DNA of 64,000 nucleotides from Schizochytrium sp. TIO01 (lineage: Eukaryota > Protista > Bigyra: Labyrinthulomycetes), in contig SMSO01000034.1 of assembly GCA_004764695.1 (NCBI GenBank), positions 2,976,001 to 3,040,000 on the forward strand, written 5' to 3'. The translations under genes and the position numbers were made by a program. The notes beneath the pieces are model-generated. The model was not told the origin of the DNA, did no database searches, and saw only the letters and a list, made by a program, of their open reading frames with translations. This document shows positions 27,401 through 38,978 of this stretch, in pieces; the stretch's first letter is position 1, and each line of letters starts with the position of its first letter.

Positions 27401-30400
27401 CTACATTCAGTCTTTCTGTAATGTAGTAATAAGTCTGAGCTGGAATTGTCGAGCTGTTTGATAAAGAAGGACCTGTCTAGTGACCCGACTTCAACAGAAG
27501 CACCAGCTTCAGAAGCTCACGATACTCGCTGAGCTTATTTACCCCAATGTTGAAAGTTCGTTAGCAAGTTTGGAGCTTGCTCTCTTGCTAGCTCACTTCT
27601 GTTTTCACTCTGAGTGTAATAGGCCCATGCTACGAGTTGTGCAGCGCCAGCTCTTTTGGGTCATATGTTTGCAAACTTACCCTTTAAACCCAGCTGGGCT
27701 GTAACTCACAACAAACTTGGATGAAAGAGGGCAAGGCCAACTCTAGGCAGCTAGCTTTGGACGCAAATCCAAGCAGCCTGGGTTAAACACGTAAGAAGGA
27801 ATGAGTTTGACTGCTTACACTTGCATTTCGTTTGTCGTCCTGTTTGGCATAATCCCTCGCTCACTCCTTTTCAGTCTTTCAAGTAGGTGATAGTTAGCAG
27901 CTGAGTCATTTTCTGGGGTAGGTTGTCCACTTGAGAAGGCCTGTCTCACAAGTTTCCAAAAGCTCTCAGAACTATTTACATGTTTCAGAAGAGTTTGCAA
28001 ACGAGGCTCGAGGCTATCAGTGCCGATTGCTTTGGCTCACGTTTTGGCACTTGTCGTGGGAGCCTGATAATATATGGCTTTTCAAGAGTTTTACGATCTA
28101 TAACTTTTTCTTAATTCGAAAAAGGAAAGAAGGTTTTGGAATATTGTAAAAGTGCTGTTTGAGTGATTTTCGAACAACGCTGAGTCGGTGTTTGTAGTAG
28201 GTATTATCTACAACTACAGTGTTTCCTCCGCCCTGAAATGGATTTAGACTTCTCTACTGCTAGACCTGGTTACCGATGTCCAATTAAGACGAGTTGGTCA
28301 ATCATAATCGAGCTTTCGTAATTAAAATAATAATGATCTTTTTACTAATTAAATTTTTTAATAAGATACATACATATGAAATCAAATCATGTTTTCATGG
28401 CTCTCCGAATATGATGTGACTCCAGAAATGAAAACTATAAAAAACTACAGCTTCCTTGAAAACGTGGTAGCTCTTGCGTTGGAAACTCAAGCGATCACCG
28501 CCATGCCGCCTCATGCTCAATACGATCATCATCATAGCCATCATCATAGGTGTGCGTAAACACAATCATCTCAAGAAAATAGCCACATGCCTGCAGATTT
28601 TGGTTCTCTTCTGATGCTGTTGTTGCCACCCTTTCCACAGGTTCTCTATAATCGTCAACCATGGCGGCATCACAATCAAAATCGCAAACCTGGAGGCACC
28701 AGTGGGTGATTGCTTGAAGATTCTTGGGCGTGAAGACCAATAAAAAACGCACTCGATCTCGGCCAAGGGACACGCGAGCGAGCGAGCGAGCGAGGGTGTG
28801 GCATGGTGATCATGATGGTTGGCAGAGCTTGTCCGAGGTGCTTTCTGAGCGAGTGAGTGGGCGAGGTAGGCACATCTCGCGAACTCTGGAGAAATTTTCT
28901 CTCGACCTAGAGATCGTGTGGACCTGGAATCTCAGCACTTGGCTTTTTTGGCGTTGTAGTTGGGGATCCTGGCTTCCTTCTTGGACTTCCATTAAACGGC
29001 CTTTGTTGCTGCTGCATTGGCAAATGACTCGAGCGAGCTTGGTTCATCTCGGAGAGGGCAATTAATTCCGGAAACGATTCGTCGAAAATGCTGCGCGAGA
29101 CTTCTTCAAACGTCGAGGTTGAATCATTCCATTCCGACTCTTCGAGCAAACTTTTCAACGCTATAAAGACGGCCATCTTAAACGATATATCGATACTGCG
29201 TATGTCTCGTGAGAAGGCTCGTGGAAGGTCTGCACGTGCTTACCAGATTCACACTCCTTTGCATGCAATATAACAAGAGCTTGTTTGCTCTTCTATTGAA
29301 AGAGTGCTTCACGGTGATGGTAGTAGAGTATGGAAGAAAAAAATAGACAACCTAAAGCTTTATCCGCCTATCGTCAAACCAAATGCCTACAACAAACTTG
29401 TTGAAGGGATGTTCGTGCTACCTATTTCAAGATAAATTCTTTGAATGTTGCTGATGTTGAACCAAAGCTGATCATCGATTGCTCTTTGGAGCATTTCAGT
29501 ACCCAGGTGTCTTCTGTTTATGAAACTAGTAAAAAAGGAGGCTCCTTACTTGCTTTGTTAGAAAGCATGCTCCCTCCGCAAATTCACAGCGGCGATAGCA
29601 TTGCCAATAGTTTTTCTATAAAGGAAAGGCAACGCACAACTTCTGACCGTGTAAAGATCTACTTTAGGACCTCAGGCTGCTCATGAAGATGATGGATGCT
29701 GCGATTAAGACATAGTTTGGTCGACAATTGGATGGTTGAGGGCGGAGCAAATAGATTTGGATCGATTGAGGAAAAGCTCATCACCTACTAAGTCTGTCTT
29801 AGCATGAACTACTGAAGTACTTATTTTAATTCCCTTCAGCGTTTCGTAGTTTGCCCCGACCGACGAGATGAATGGACGCGACGAATGGCGCTGCATTCGA
29901 ACGGGCCTGTGGCGGTAAAAATTTTGCGATGACCCATCTCAGCACTCTCCTGAAGTTGTTTGTTAGTCAGTCAGTCAATCAATCAATCAATCAATCAATC
30001 AAACAAACAAACAAATTTGAGATAGTACCCAACCGCTCACCTTGGCCTAGTTTGTTACTTCAACGATTGCAATTTCTCACTCGCGGGAAAACCTCTTTTG
30101 ATGTGCTGCGCATGACGACCCGATCTTTGAAACAGAGAAGCAGACAGCGTTGAGCACCATTCATAACATGCATGAGCTGCAAGCTACTGCTGCTTGCGTG
30201 AAAATGGCCCAGCCTTTGCGCAATAATCAATCATAAACGAAGGCTCAGGCTGCACTACTTGTTTTTCTGTTTTTGTTTCTTTGCAAACCAACGAAGGTTT
30301 TTGTAAAATTCTAAATGACTCGCAACTCTTCTTATGCGCGACCGAGAGGATCTTCATGGTAACATTTTACTGCTTGACAACTTGAGAAGATCCACGACAA

Positions 30401-33400
30401 GCCACGTGGCCTATCCCATTTTATCTGAGTAATATTCGTTAATAGCGTAAGCTAATACGAGTGGCTGCATAGATACGGAGACCATTTGACGGCACATGCT
30501 GAGGGTGGATTGGTGCCTGAGATTTGCTTGCAGCGGTGCCTCCGAAGAAGCGAGCTGTGGCATATTACTCTCTGCCATCGAGATACGACCTCGGTAGAGC
30601 GTTGTTTAGATTGTTAGGGTTTGGCTGTAATAGGGTGTTCAATGCTGAGGCTGATGGACTGGCCAGAAGTCGGGCCAAACTAAAGTTGGAATATAACGAA
30701 GAGCGTGGGCACACCAGCATATTCACTATGATTGTAGTTCATTTTACTAGGTATAGCCATATATAGTAGTGCTGCCAATTGTGTATCATCAAATAAAAAA
30801 CTATGAATGTATGAGTTTGCGTGGCGGGAAATTGCCCTGATTTAATCCTATACAGTAAGAACTCTAATAATATTAGTCAGACTAGATGCGTTCATTGCAG
30901 ATGGTCACGTGAAGAAGAAACTTCTGCTATTCAAGTTATACAAACAGAAAAATAAAAAACTGTAGGCCTTGAATTGTGAAATTCAGCTACAGCTTTAAGT
31001 TGTAAGATATCGCATTCAATCGAGAATAAAGACCTATAACTAGACTATCAATCTACGGCCGTGAGTGTGGCAGCGCAGCACATTTTTCATATGTATTCCC
31101 CGATGCAAAAACTTTGAGATATTTAGGAGTCGGTGGTTCGGTCTCTAGAGAACGACCAAATTGAGTAGCTCACCATCAGAGTCCTTTTAAGTTCCCTCAA
31201 AAATTGGATATGAGTGGTTGCAAATTCTCCATGACACATGGTTTCTGCAGCTAAAGAACAATCACGCTCAATGAGTAAACGAGCGAGTGGTAATTTATAG
31301 GTGCGATATCTCACCAGAGCAATCAATCCCATTTTGCCTATGGTTACTCCTTATTCTCAAGAACATTGAATTTACGACAAATACTTAAAAAAGAAAACAC
31401 CAAAATTCGTACTTGGTGCCGTAGCGTTTAAGCATTTGTAATGGTGTCAATCTTTCCTGCGGAACTGAGTCATGATTCCAAAACCAATCAACTAGTATCC
31501 AAGTTGCTGTTGAATCCTGCTCTGTTTTTTTTTTAAATTTTGAAACTCAGGGCCTATAGTTGTTTCTAACGTGGGCCTCAAGATAATAGATGGGACGAAG
31601 TAGTTGGTAGAGGCCCTTTCAAAATACTCTGATTAACACACACCAAGTTTCGAGCTGACTTTGATCGGAACTTTCGAATCGAATTGATTTCTTTTTATTG
31701 AAATTTGATTAACCGTAAGAAACGCAATTTGAAGATTCTTTCCCAAAAAAGAGGATGCTATGGATGGGTTGGAGATGCGTCATCGTGAATAAGCGTCTGA
31801 TCGTCAAGCTAATAATAGTAGAGGCGTTATCTGTCACTCTAGAAGGAGAGCAAATGTTAACTTGATAGGCTCAGGTATTGATAAGCTAAAAATGTCAACG
31901 AATCGTGATAATGCTTTGAATTAATGATAAGACCGAGTTTTCACCCCCTGAATCTGCTTCCGAGTACCATCGCTCTGAATGGTCAGAGGTAGTAGGTACG
32001 ACTACTTTACTTACTCGCGTTTTCGTGGGTAGAAACTCTGCACACGCGCAAAGGGTGCAACGCGTGGCTGTCATCCTTTTAAGAAAAACAATATCGAAAT
32101 GTGCGGCTATACGTGAACAAAACTTACATCAACTATTGTTAGGCCTAAAAGGTAGTAGATAGGAAGTCAAATTGCATCCCCCATTAATTCGCAATCGATC
32201 TTGAGAGTTCCGATTGCTCTTAGATTTTCTCCTCCTCAGAAGTCGGGCTAGTAAAGGAATCTTGACATCGTTTGCACACCAGCTTGAATTAAAATTTCCT
32301 ATCCTGTCAAGGCCTGTCTCAGCGAAATGTATCTTCCGAAGAAATTGAATATCTCAAGTTGTAACTGGGTACTAGTCTAGAGTAAATTCATTTTAGGATG
32401 CTTGCTAGCTAGACTTTGGCACTAGGGCAAAAGGATGTTATGCTACTCATGTAAAAGCAAAAGTCGAAGAACGCTTGACGATGCAATCAAGAAAGCTCGC
32501 TACCTCGTACTATGGTATTTTAGAAGGGATAAACAAAAAAACACTTGTACTTGGCCCTAGCAATTCAGGTCTCGATGATGGTCGCTCTCTCTCCCGTGTG
32601 GTGCACACCTCTACTCAATCGTACAGGTAGTAATAAACAATAAATATATACATTGTACCACTAGGAGTCAAACTAACAGACCCTGAGTCAGTCAAAGCCA
32701 AGATCCCCCTTGGGAAAAGAAGGGTGGGTGGCAAATATATGTTGTCATGAACCATCACGATTTATTAGAGCTGATGATATCGGTGGACTGGCCTCGAAGG
32801 CGTTGCGCCAGTGCTTATGCCTTTATGTTGAGTAAAAGTGAAGCCAAATTTTAGCTAGAGGAATATCTCGGAACCAAGCGAAGAAAGTAAGGAAACACGG
32901 AAATGGCCGCAAACTGTTTATGTGAGCAAGCATCTAGTGCTTCCATAGAGTTTCCTGTATGGTACCATTTCTGCTGGAAAGAAAACAACAACAAAACAAA
33001 ATAGAAGGCTGTGCACGTGCGTGCCTCAGCGCAGCGAGGGAAAACAAAGAGAACGAAAGCAACAACGAAGTATATCGAGCAGCGAAGCTCGAAGTTCTTT
33101 GTGAAAAGCTCCAATTTGAACCTCGAGGCTCTTTGACGCAACTTGAGTTGGTCTTACAATAAATAAGTGCACGGGGTCGTTGCAAATTGGCGCACACCTT
33201 GTCTTCTCTCGTTTCTTTTCGCTGACTGAAAATTACTGCGGCTGTTGATATTTTGTTCTTCCTTTCGAGGTTTTCAACACACTCAGTACCAAAGAAAAAC
33301 ATCATAATGGTGCATTCAGGAAGGAACTCAATCGGCAATGATGAGTCGATGATCGTCAGCTGTGATCCGAATCGACTGGAGCTGCAGAAGCTAGAAGGCT

Positions 33401-33875
33401 AGTTTCCCCTCCTCCGCTTCTGTTGTTCTACCTTTGTTCTACCTTTCACCATCTTCTTTACGAGTTTCAAGAAAAGCTGACCAAATTTATGAATAAAATG
33501 ATAAAACCCAGCAAATGTAAACTCGTCAACGAACCGGAATGAAACGCCAAATACCCCGTATCCAAAAGCAGCTCCCGCGTGGCCTTCGCCACCCCACCAC
33601 CGCGGTCGTCCTCGTCGTCGTCGATGCTCTCCGCTCTCCGCTCTGCGTCGCCTGCTACTTATGATTTCGATTTTGACTTTGACTTTGGTTTCTTGGCATC
33701 ATGATGCAAATCATAAAAGACACTTTTTCATAACAGAAGTTGCGAAGATTGTGCACGTGAATGCGAGACGAACTCAAGAGAGGAAGAGACGAGCCTCGTG
33801 CAGAGCGAGTGAGTGCACATCGGCGACGCCGCGATGCAACAGCGTGGATCGTGGGCGGGCACCACGCATTTAAGC

Positions 33876-34017
33876 AAGCGAGTGAGCGAGTGAGTGAACA
33901 AGTGAGTGAACAAGTGAGTGAACAAGTGAGTGAGTGAGAGAGTGAGTGAGTGAGGTGGAGCAAGTGAGTGAATGAGTGAGTGAGTGAGTGAGTGAGTGAG
34001 AGAGTGAGTGAGTGAGT
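33876..34017. repeat. Compound (GTGA)n microsatellite with GTGAGTGAACAA 12-mers
   Basis: Directly visible. Confidence 0.95.
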
Positions 34018-35901
34018 ACTATGCGATGGCCAAAGAAACAGTCTTTTCTTTCACCTATTGTTGTTATTGTTTAGTGTTTTGTTATATTCGCAGTGTTAGT
34101 TTGGTACAAAATGTATTTTTTAAGTGCCTAACTAGGCGGGAATAGGGCTATTCAGATGGGGTATTATATATATATATGTATGTATTTTTTTACTTGAAAT
34201 GGGGAGATATGTAGAACTGGGGTAAGAGAAGAATTGATCAGGACTGCTTCGACTTGAAGTATAAAGATCCGAGCACGAGGACACCGGCGGTCGGAGACTC
34301 CTCGCGGCGATCGCCGCTTCACGACGATGGTCCTTTGCTTCAACTAACCAGCTCGGCAACTTTACGACACCACCCTGAGAGTCTTTTTTTATTTGTCAAA
34401 ATGTTAGGCACCGCTAACATATAGGCTATTTATTCTTTATCCACAAAGTTTGCAAAGTTTGCAAACGTTCATTCATTTACACAAAGCTCTATTCAAGTAC
34501 CTATCCGAGGAGCTCGTTGTGCACTACTGCTGCTTGAGAAGATACTCGAGTGCAACAACTTTCTGATCCAATTGTTTATAGGTGCTCGTTCCTAAGTTTG
34601 CTAGGATAGCACGATTCGGCAAGAACCTCGCAAATATTAGCTGATCAGAAATCCTGGGCTCACCAGGTTTGCTGCTCAAGTAGAGCCAAGCTTAGACTTC
34701 TCAGTGAGGACTTTGTATTTTGCAAAAGGTCGATCAAATGTAATAAACGAATCGCACTATGTTTCTGTGGTCTTTCCAATTTGGCTTCTAGTGCTCCTAG
34801 AAGGTGAGATTGAATTGGTCGGTCTAAAGGACTCAGCTATCATTAAACCGGGGGGTGATCCATTCTACATCCCGCCCACGACGGTCTGCTGCTGTTCGGC
34901 GAGCTCGAGTCTGGGCGATTGTGCAATTTAAGCGAGGCAGTCCCAGCTCCTTGGTTTAATTTAGGTGCTGCTGTTTATTTTGATGAAATGATGCAATCCA
35001 CGCACGCACATATATATGGATACTTACAAGCTAGTGCAGAAGACTTTCTTTCTGGCTTCGCTTTCGCTTTTCACAGCGCATGTTCTTCAAAGTCCCGCTC
35101 AAATGTGGATCTCGAGCCCCAGCGTTTTCACTTTCTATAAGAGCTCTCTTGCATGATGAATGATTGAAAAGCTTTTGGATTGAGAAAAATAAAATCTTAC
35201 TATTTTTTATTGTCATTTTCAAGTTATTCACTTAAAAACTTTTTTCTTTTTTTCTTTTTTTAAAATTGATTTTTAATTAATAATTGATTTATTGATGAAA
35301 AGAAAAGTAAGAAGGAAACCATTCAAGATTGAGATGTTAGCTGCTTGTCGCCCAAAGCTTCGCGAGGGGTAATAGAATTCATGGGCAGCGGCTGGGAAGA
35401 TGCCAGGTAACAAGCTGTTTCTGCAATAAAAGCTTCTGGTTTGATTATACATATTCTCAACGTAGCTATAGGAGACCAGGTAGAACAATACTATTTTTAC
35501 TTTACTTTTTGCGTCTCAAACTTTTACTTTAATTGATGCATAGTGCTATGTACGCGTTAGCTACTGCTAGTGCTGCAATCAACATTGATTACCTGTGTCA
35601 GAGTCTTGCACAGCAGCAGAAGGATGCCAGAAGGAGACCTTGCACCGGTGAAGCCGGGACTTGAAGGGACGCAGAGCTAGCTCTCCGCCGAACCATCCTT
35701 TGTCAGCTTCGTGGCTAGCAGGCAGCACCCTGAAAGGGCTGAAAGGCTAGCGGCAGCGCTCAAGGTCCCTCTCTCTCTCTCTCTCTTTCTCTTCCTCTCT
35801 CCCCCTCTCATTCTGTTGCATCCTCTCATTTTCTTTCCTTTGTTTTCTCACTCTGTGCACGCGCACAACAAACAGAGAAAATAAAACAGCAAGTGAGCAA
35901 G

Positions 35902-35957
35902 AGCAAACAGCAAACAGCAAACAGCAAACAGCAAACAGCAAATAGCAAACAGCAAAC
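35902..35957. repeat. (AGCAAAC)8 heptamer upstream of MOB1, preceded by a (CT)n tract at about 35769-35810
   Basis: Directly visible; one variant unit. Confidence 0.95.
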
Positions 35958-36253
35958 CCAAGAAGCCACCTGGAGCACGCTGCCTGCCGGCAAAACCAGT
36001 TGACTCGGCCTGGATAAAGCTTACGTCAGTTAGCAGCTTTAAGCAGAACTTGAACGCCGCTAGCGACGGAAAGCGTGCGAGCGACTAGTTGTGCACCGGC
36101 AAAGTTCACGAGGTCTGCAAACACTCGTACACATATTTTATTGACAGGAATCTATCTATTACATACGTCTGTTCCCCGTTGCAGCAGACGGTCTCGCAGA
36201 GGATAAGTGATTATAGTTTGAGTGGGAATCAGATAAACACTCGGGCAAGCAAC

Positions 36254-36886
36254 ATGAGCAGCGCCAAGGGCACCTTCGTCATTCTCAAGCATGCAAACCA
36301 GAGGCGTAATGACTTGAGCAAGTACACCAAGAGCACCCTGGGCTCTGGAGATCTTAAGCAAGCCGTTCAGCTCCCCAAAGGCGAAGACATGAATGAATGG
36401 ATTGCAACCAACATTGTGGACTTCTTTAACGAGATTTCGATGCTCTACGATCTCTGCACGGATGATGCAGAAAGGTTTCAAGCCCCTGGAGAAGGTTTTC
36501 CGCCCAACTTTGAGTACCGTTGGGCTGATGGAAAGTCATCCAAGCCAATCCGATGCAGCTCCCCGGAGTATGTCAATTACGTCATCTGCTGGATCGAGGA
36601 GCAGGTACACGACGAGTCCCTCTTTATTGTTGCTGAAGATGCTAAGTTTCCCGACGAATTTGATGATGTCGCCAAAAAGATCTTCACCCGTATTTTCCGA
36701 ATCTACGCCATTATCTACAATTCTCATTTTGAGGCGATTGAAGACCAGGGTGCAGCATCCCACCTAAACACCTCTTTCAAGCACTTTGTCTACTTTGCAT
36801 ACGAACATGGTCTGCTTGAGGACAAGGAGATTCCCGCTCTTGAGGCCCCTGTTGAACGCCTCATCGCTGACTACCAGAAAATGTGA
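36254..36886 (+). CDS. MOB1: MOB kinase activator (Mob1/phocein family), MOB1-like, 210 aa
   Basis: TLGSGDLKQAVQLPKGEDMNEWIATNIVDFFNEI, EYRWADG, HLNTSFKHF are hallmark MOB1 segments. First ATG is at 36254; the ORF track starts at a TTG (36089). Confidence 0.92.
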   Translation: MSSAKGTFVILKHANQRRNDLSKYTKSTLGSGDLKQAVQLPKGEDMNEWIATNIVDFFNEISMLYDLCTDDAERFQAPGEGFPPNFEYRWADGKSSKPIRCSSPEYVNYVICWIEEQVHDESLFIVAEDAKFPDEFDDVAKKIFTRIFRIYAIIYNSHFEAIEDQGAASHLNTSFKHFVYFAYEHGLLEDKEIPALEAPVERLIADYQKM

Positions 36887-38663
36887 TCATATTTCTATAT
36901 CTATTCTGTTGCATTTCTGTAAAGCAAGACTCGCGATGCCCCGGCAGCAGCCTGTAGCCAAGGTCATCGCACCCAAATTACACATCTCAATGACGATAGC
37001 AAGAGACCTGAGTATATCGCCTTTTCACGAGAGGGCACCCTGGTCCGTGTTAAGCGTCAGCTCTTAACACGGCTTAACAATGGCCTCTTGCAAGGATACG
37101 TTCTATTCAAAAGGCCAACTCTAATTTGAAAGTATTCGTTCCCTTGAAACAAGAAAGTTGGTATATAAGCGACCTCGTGTTGGCGCGGCGCAACTCAAAT
37201 AAATGCATAAACAAATGCAACCCTTTTTATCCTGCATCCCTTTCCGTGCACCTTATGAGTGCATGTAAACATACCTTCCACTAAATTCACTCAACCATTT
37301 ATTTGAAATTAGAATATTGTTCAATTTTTTTATTCCAAAGTTAGGGTATTGTCGTCTCACCCCATCTTGTCTCCACTACTATACATATATATATACTTTT
37401 AGAATCCGTATAACATCAAATATAAATGATGTGAAGTTGCTCATCAGTTTCGAGAATTAGGTGATCAAGAATCTGCATTTGTAGCAACTTTAGGCGCAGC
37501 GCTATTTGTATCCACATTGGTATTCAATATATCACCTATTCAATCATTTTTTTTTTCAGCGTCCTGACAAGTGTTGGCTATTATGGTTGAGCTTAGGAAG
37601 TTTTGAAGATCCATCAATATTTCGATCCATATTGACAAGTTCAAAAATGGGACATTTCCTGCAGAACAAATGTGAGGTGCGCTTGTGTCAAAAAATTTAG
37701 AATCATATAAAAGCTGGTACCCAGCTCAACCTACAAGCTGCTCAACGCTTGCTTTCTCACCTGGGTTAAAGTATAGTTGCTGAGATTACTTATTGGCAAT
37801 ATTACTTTGCCTACCGGGATCGGTGTGAACCCTGAACTTATACAGGAGCAGGTATTGACAACTAAGGAAACCACGGAATCCAAGTTTGGAAGGTTACGTA
37901 GGTGGATCAAACTTGAATCATAGATAAGAAAATAAAGAAACCTAACCCTACTAATATGTAGTAGTTGTTAAATGAATCAAAGCATCATTGGACTCTTATC
38001 CAAGGTCAACGATTGCCTACGCTTCAAGCTTGCAATGTGTTTAAAGTTTTGTTCAAGTTTCAAAAACGTTCTTCCTTCACCTTACTGATCAATCCCTCGT
38101 AAATAACAAAAAGTAAAGTTAAGCAGTACCTAGCGATTTTAGCTAGAGAAGGATGCTTTTATTTTCTTCTGTTCTTGAGAGAAATAGCTTCCCGTTGTGG
38201 GACACGCACTACCCGAGCATCTATGAGCCATTTTCTCTTAACCTAAGCAGGAAACATCCATCTAAAGTCTAGTCTCTTTTACGATCCAACGCAGAGCATG
38301 TACGTTTACTCTAAGAAAAGAGTGGGTCAAGGTAGAGTGCAGTTTGTGTAAACATTGTTTTTCTTCGAAAACAACCAAGGAACTTTCGATTGTTTCGGTC
38401 AAGCGAAGCACAACTCAAAATTTGAAAATATCATTTTTAGTGAGTTGTGCAAAACCGCTCCCATTGCTAATTTGTGAGCTCAATGAAAGCATATTTGACT
38501 TGAAGATATAAGAAACATGAGTAATGAATTTTGATTTTGAAGATCTAATGTCTTTTTCTTCTCCCCTGTAAAATAAACAAAGAAATAGAGGAATAGAGAA
38601 TACTTGACAACTTCCGTGCAATGAATAATCATGCAGTAATGCAGAGAACTCAATTTTGTAAAG

Positions 38664-38978
38664 TTAAACAACAGAAAGGTTAAGTACATCTCGAATGGAA
38701 TCTCTCCTACTTCCCCGATTATCACTGGCCAAGCTGCGCTGTGAAACTCTGCTAATCGGAGCTACCGACCCTTCTGGGGTGTTGTTAGGTACTTCGGGGA
38801 CAACAGTTGCCACCTGGATGTCGCTTTCATGCGTCTCTTCCATAGTCTCGCCGCCCTCAATCACAATACTTGTTGCAGATGTGGGCAGGTTATGCAAAGT
38901 TGTAGACTGCTGTTCAATCGAAACGGTGGTAGCCATTGGGGTGTTCGCATAATTGAATTGATCATCCATCATTAGGAT
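38664..38978 (-). CDS. Probable terminal exon or frameshifted cytoplasmic tail of the 38962-43959 receptor-like gene
   Basis: 102-aa S/T/E-rich hydrophilic ORF in the +1 frame overlapping the main stop; joinable by intron 39036-38979 or by a single-base deletion. Confidence 0.6.
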   Translation of the reverse strand: MLMMDDQFNYANTPMATTVSIEQQSTTLHNLPTSATSIVIEGGETMEETHESDIQVATVVPEVPNNTPEGSVAPISRVSQRSLASDNRGSRRDSIRDVLNLSVV

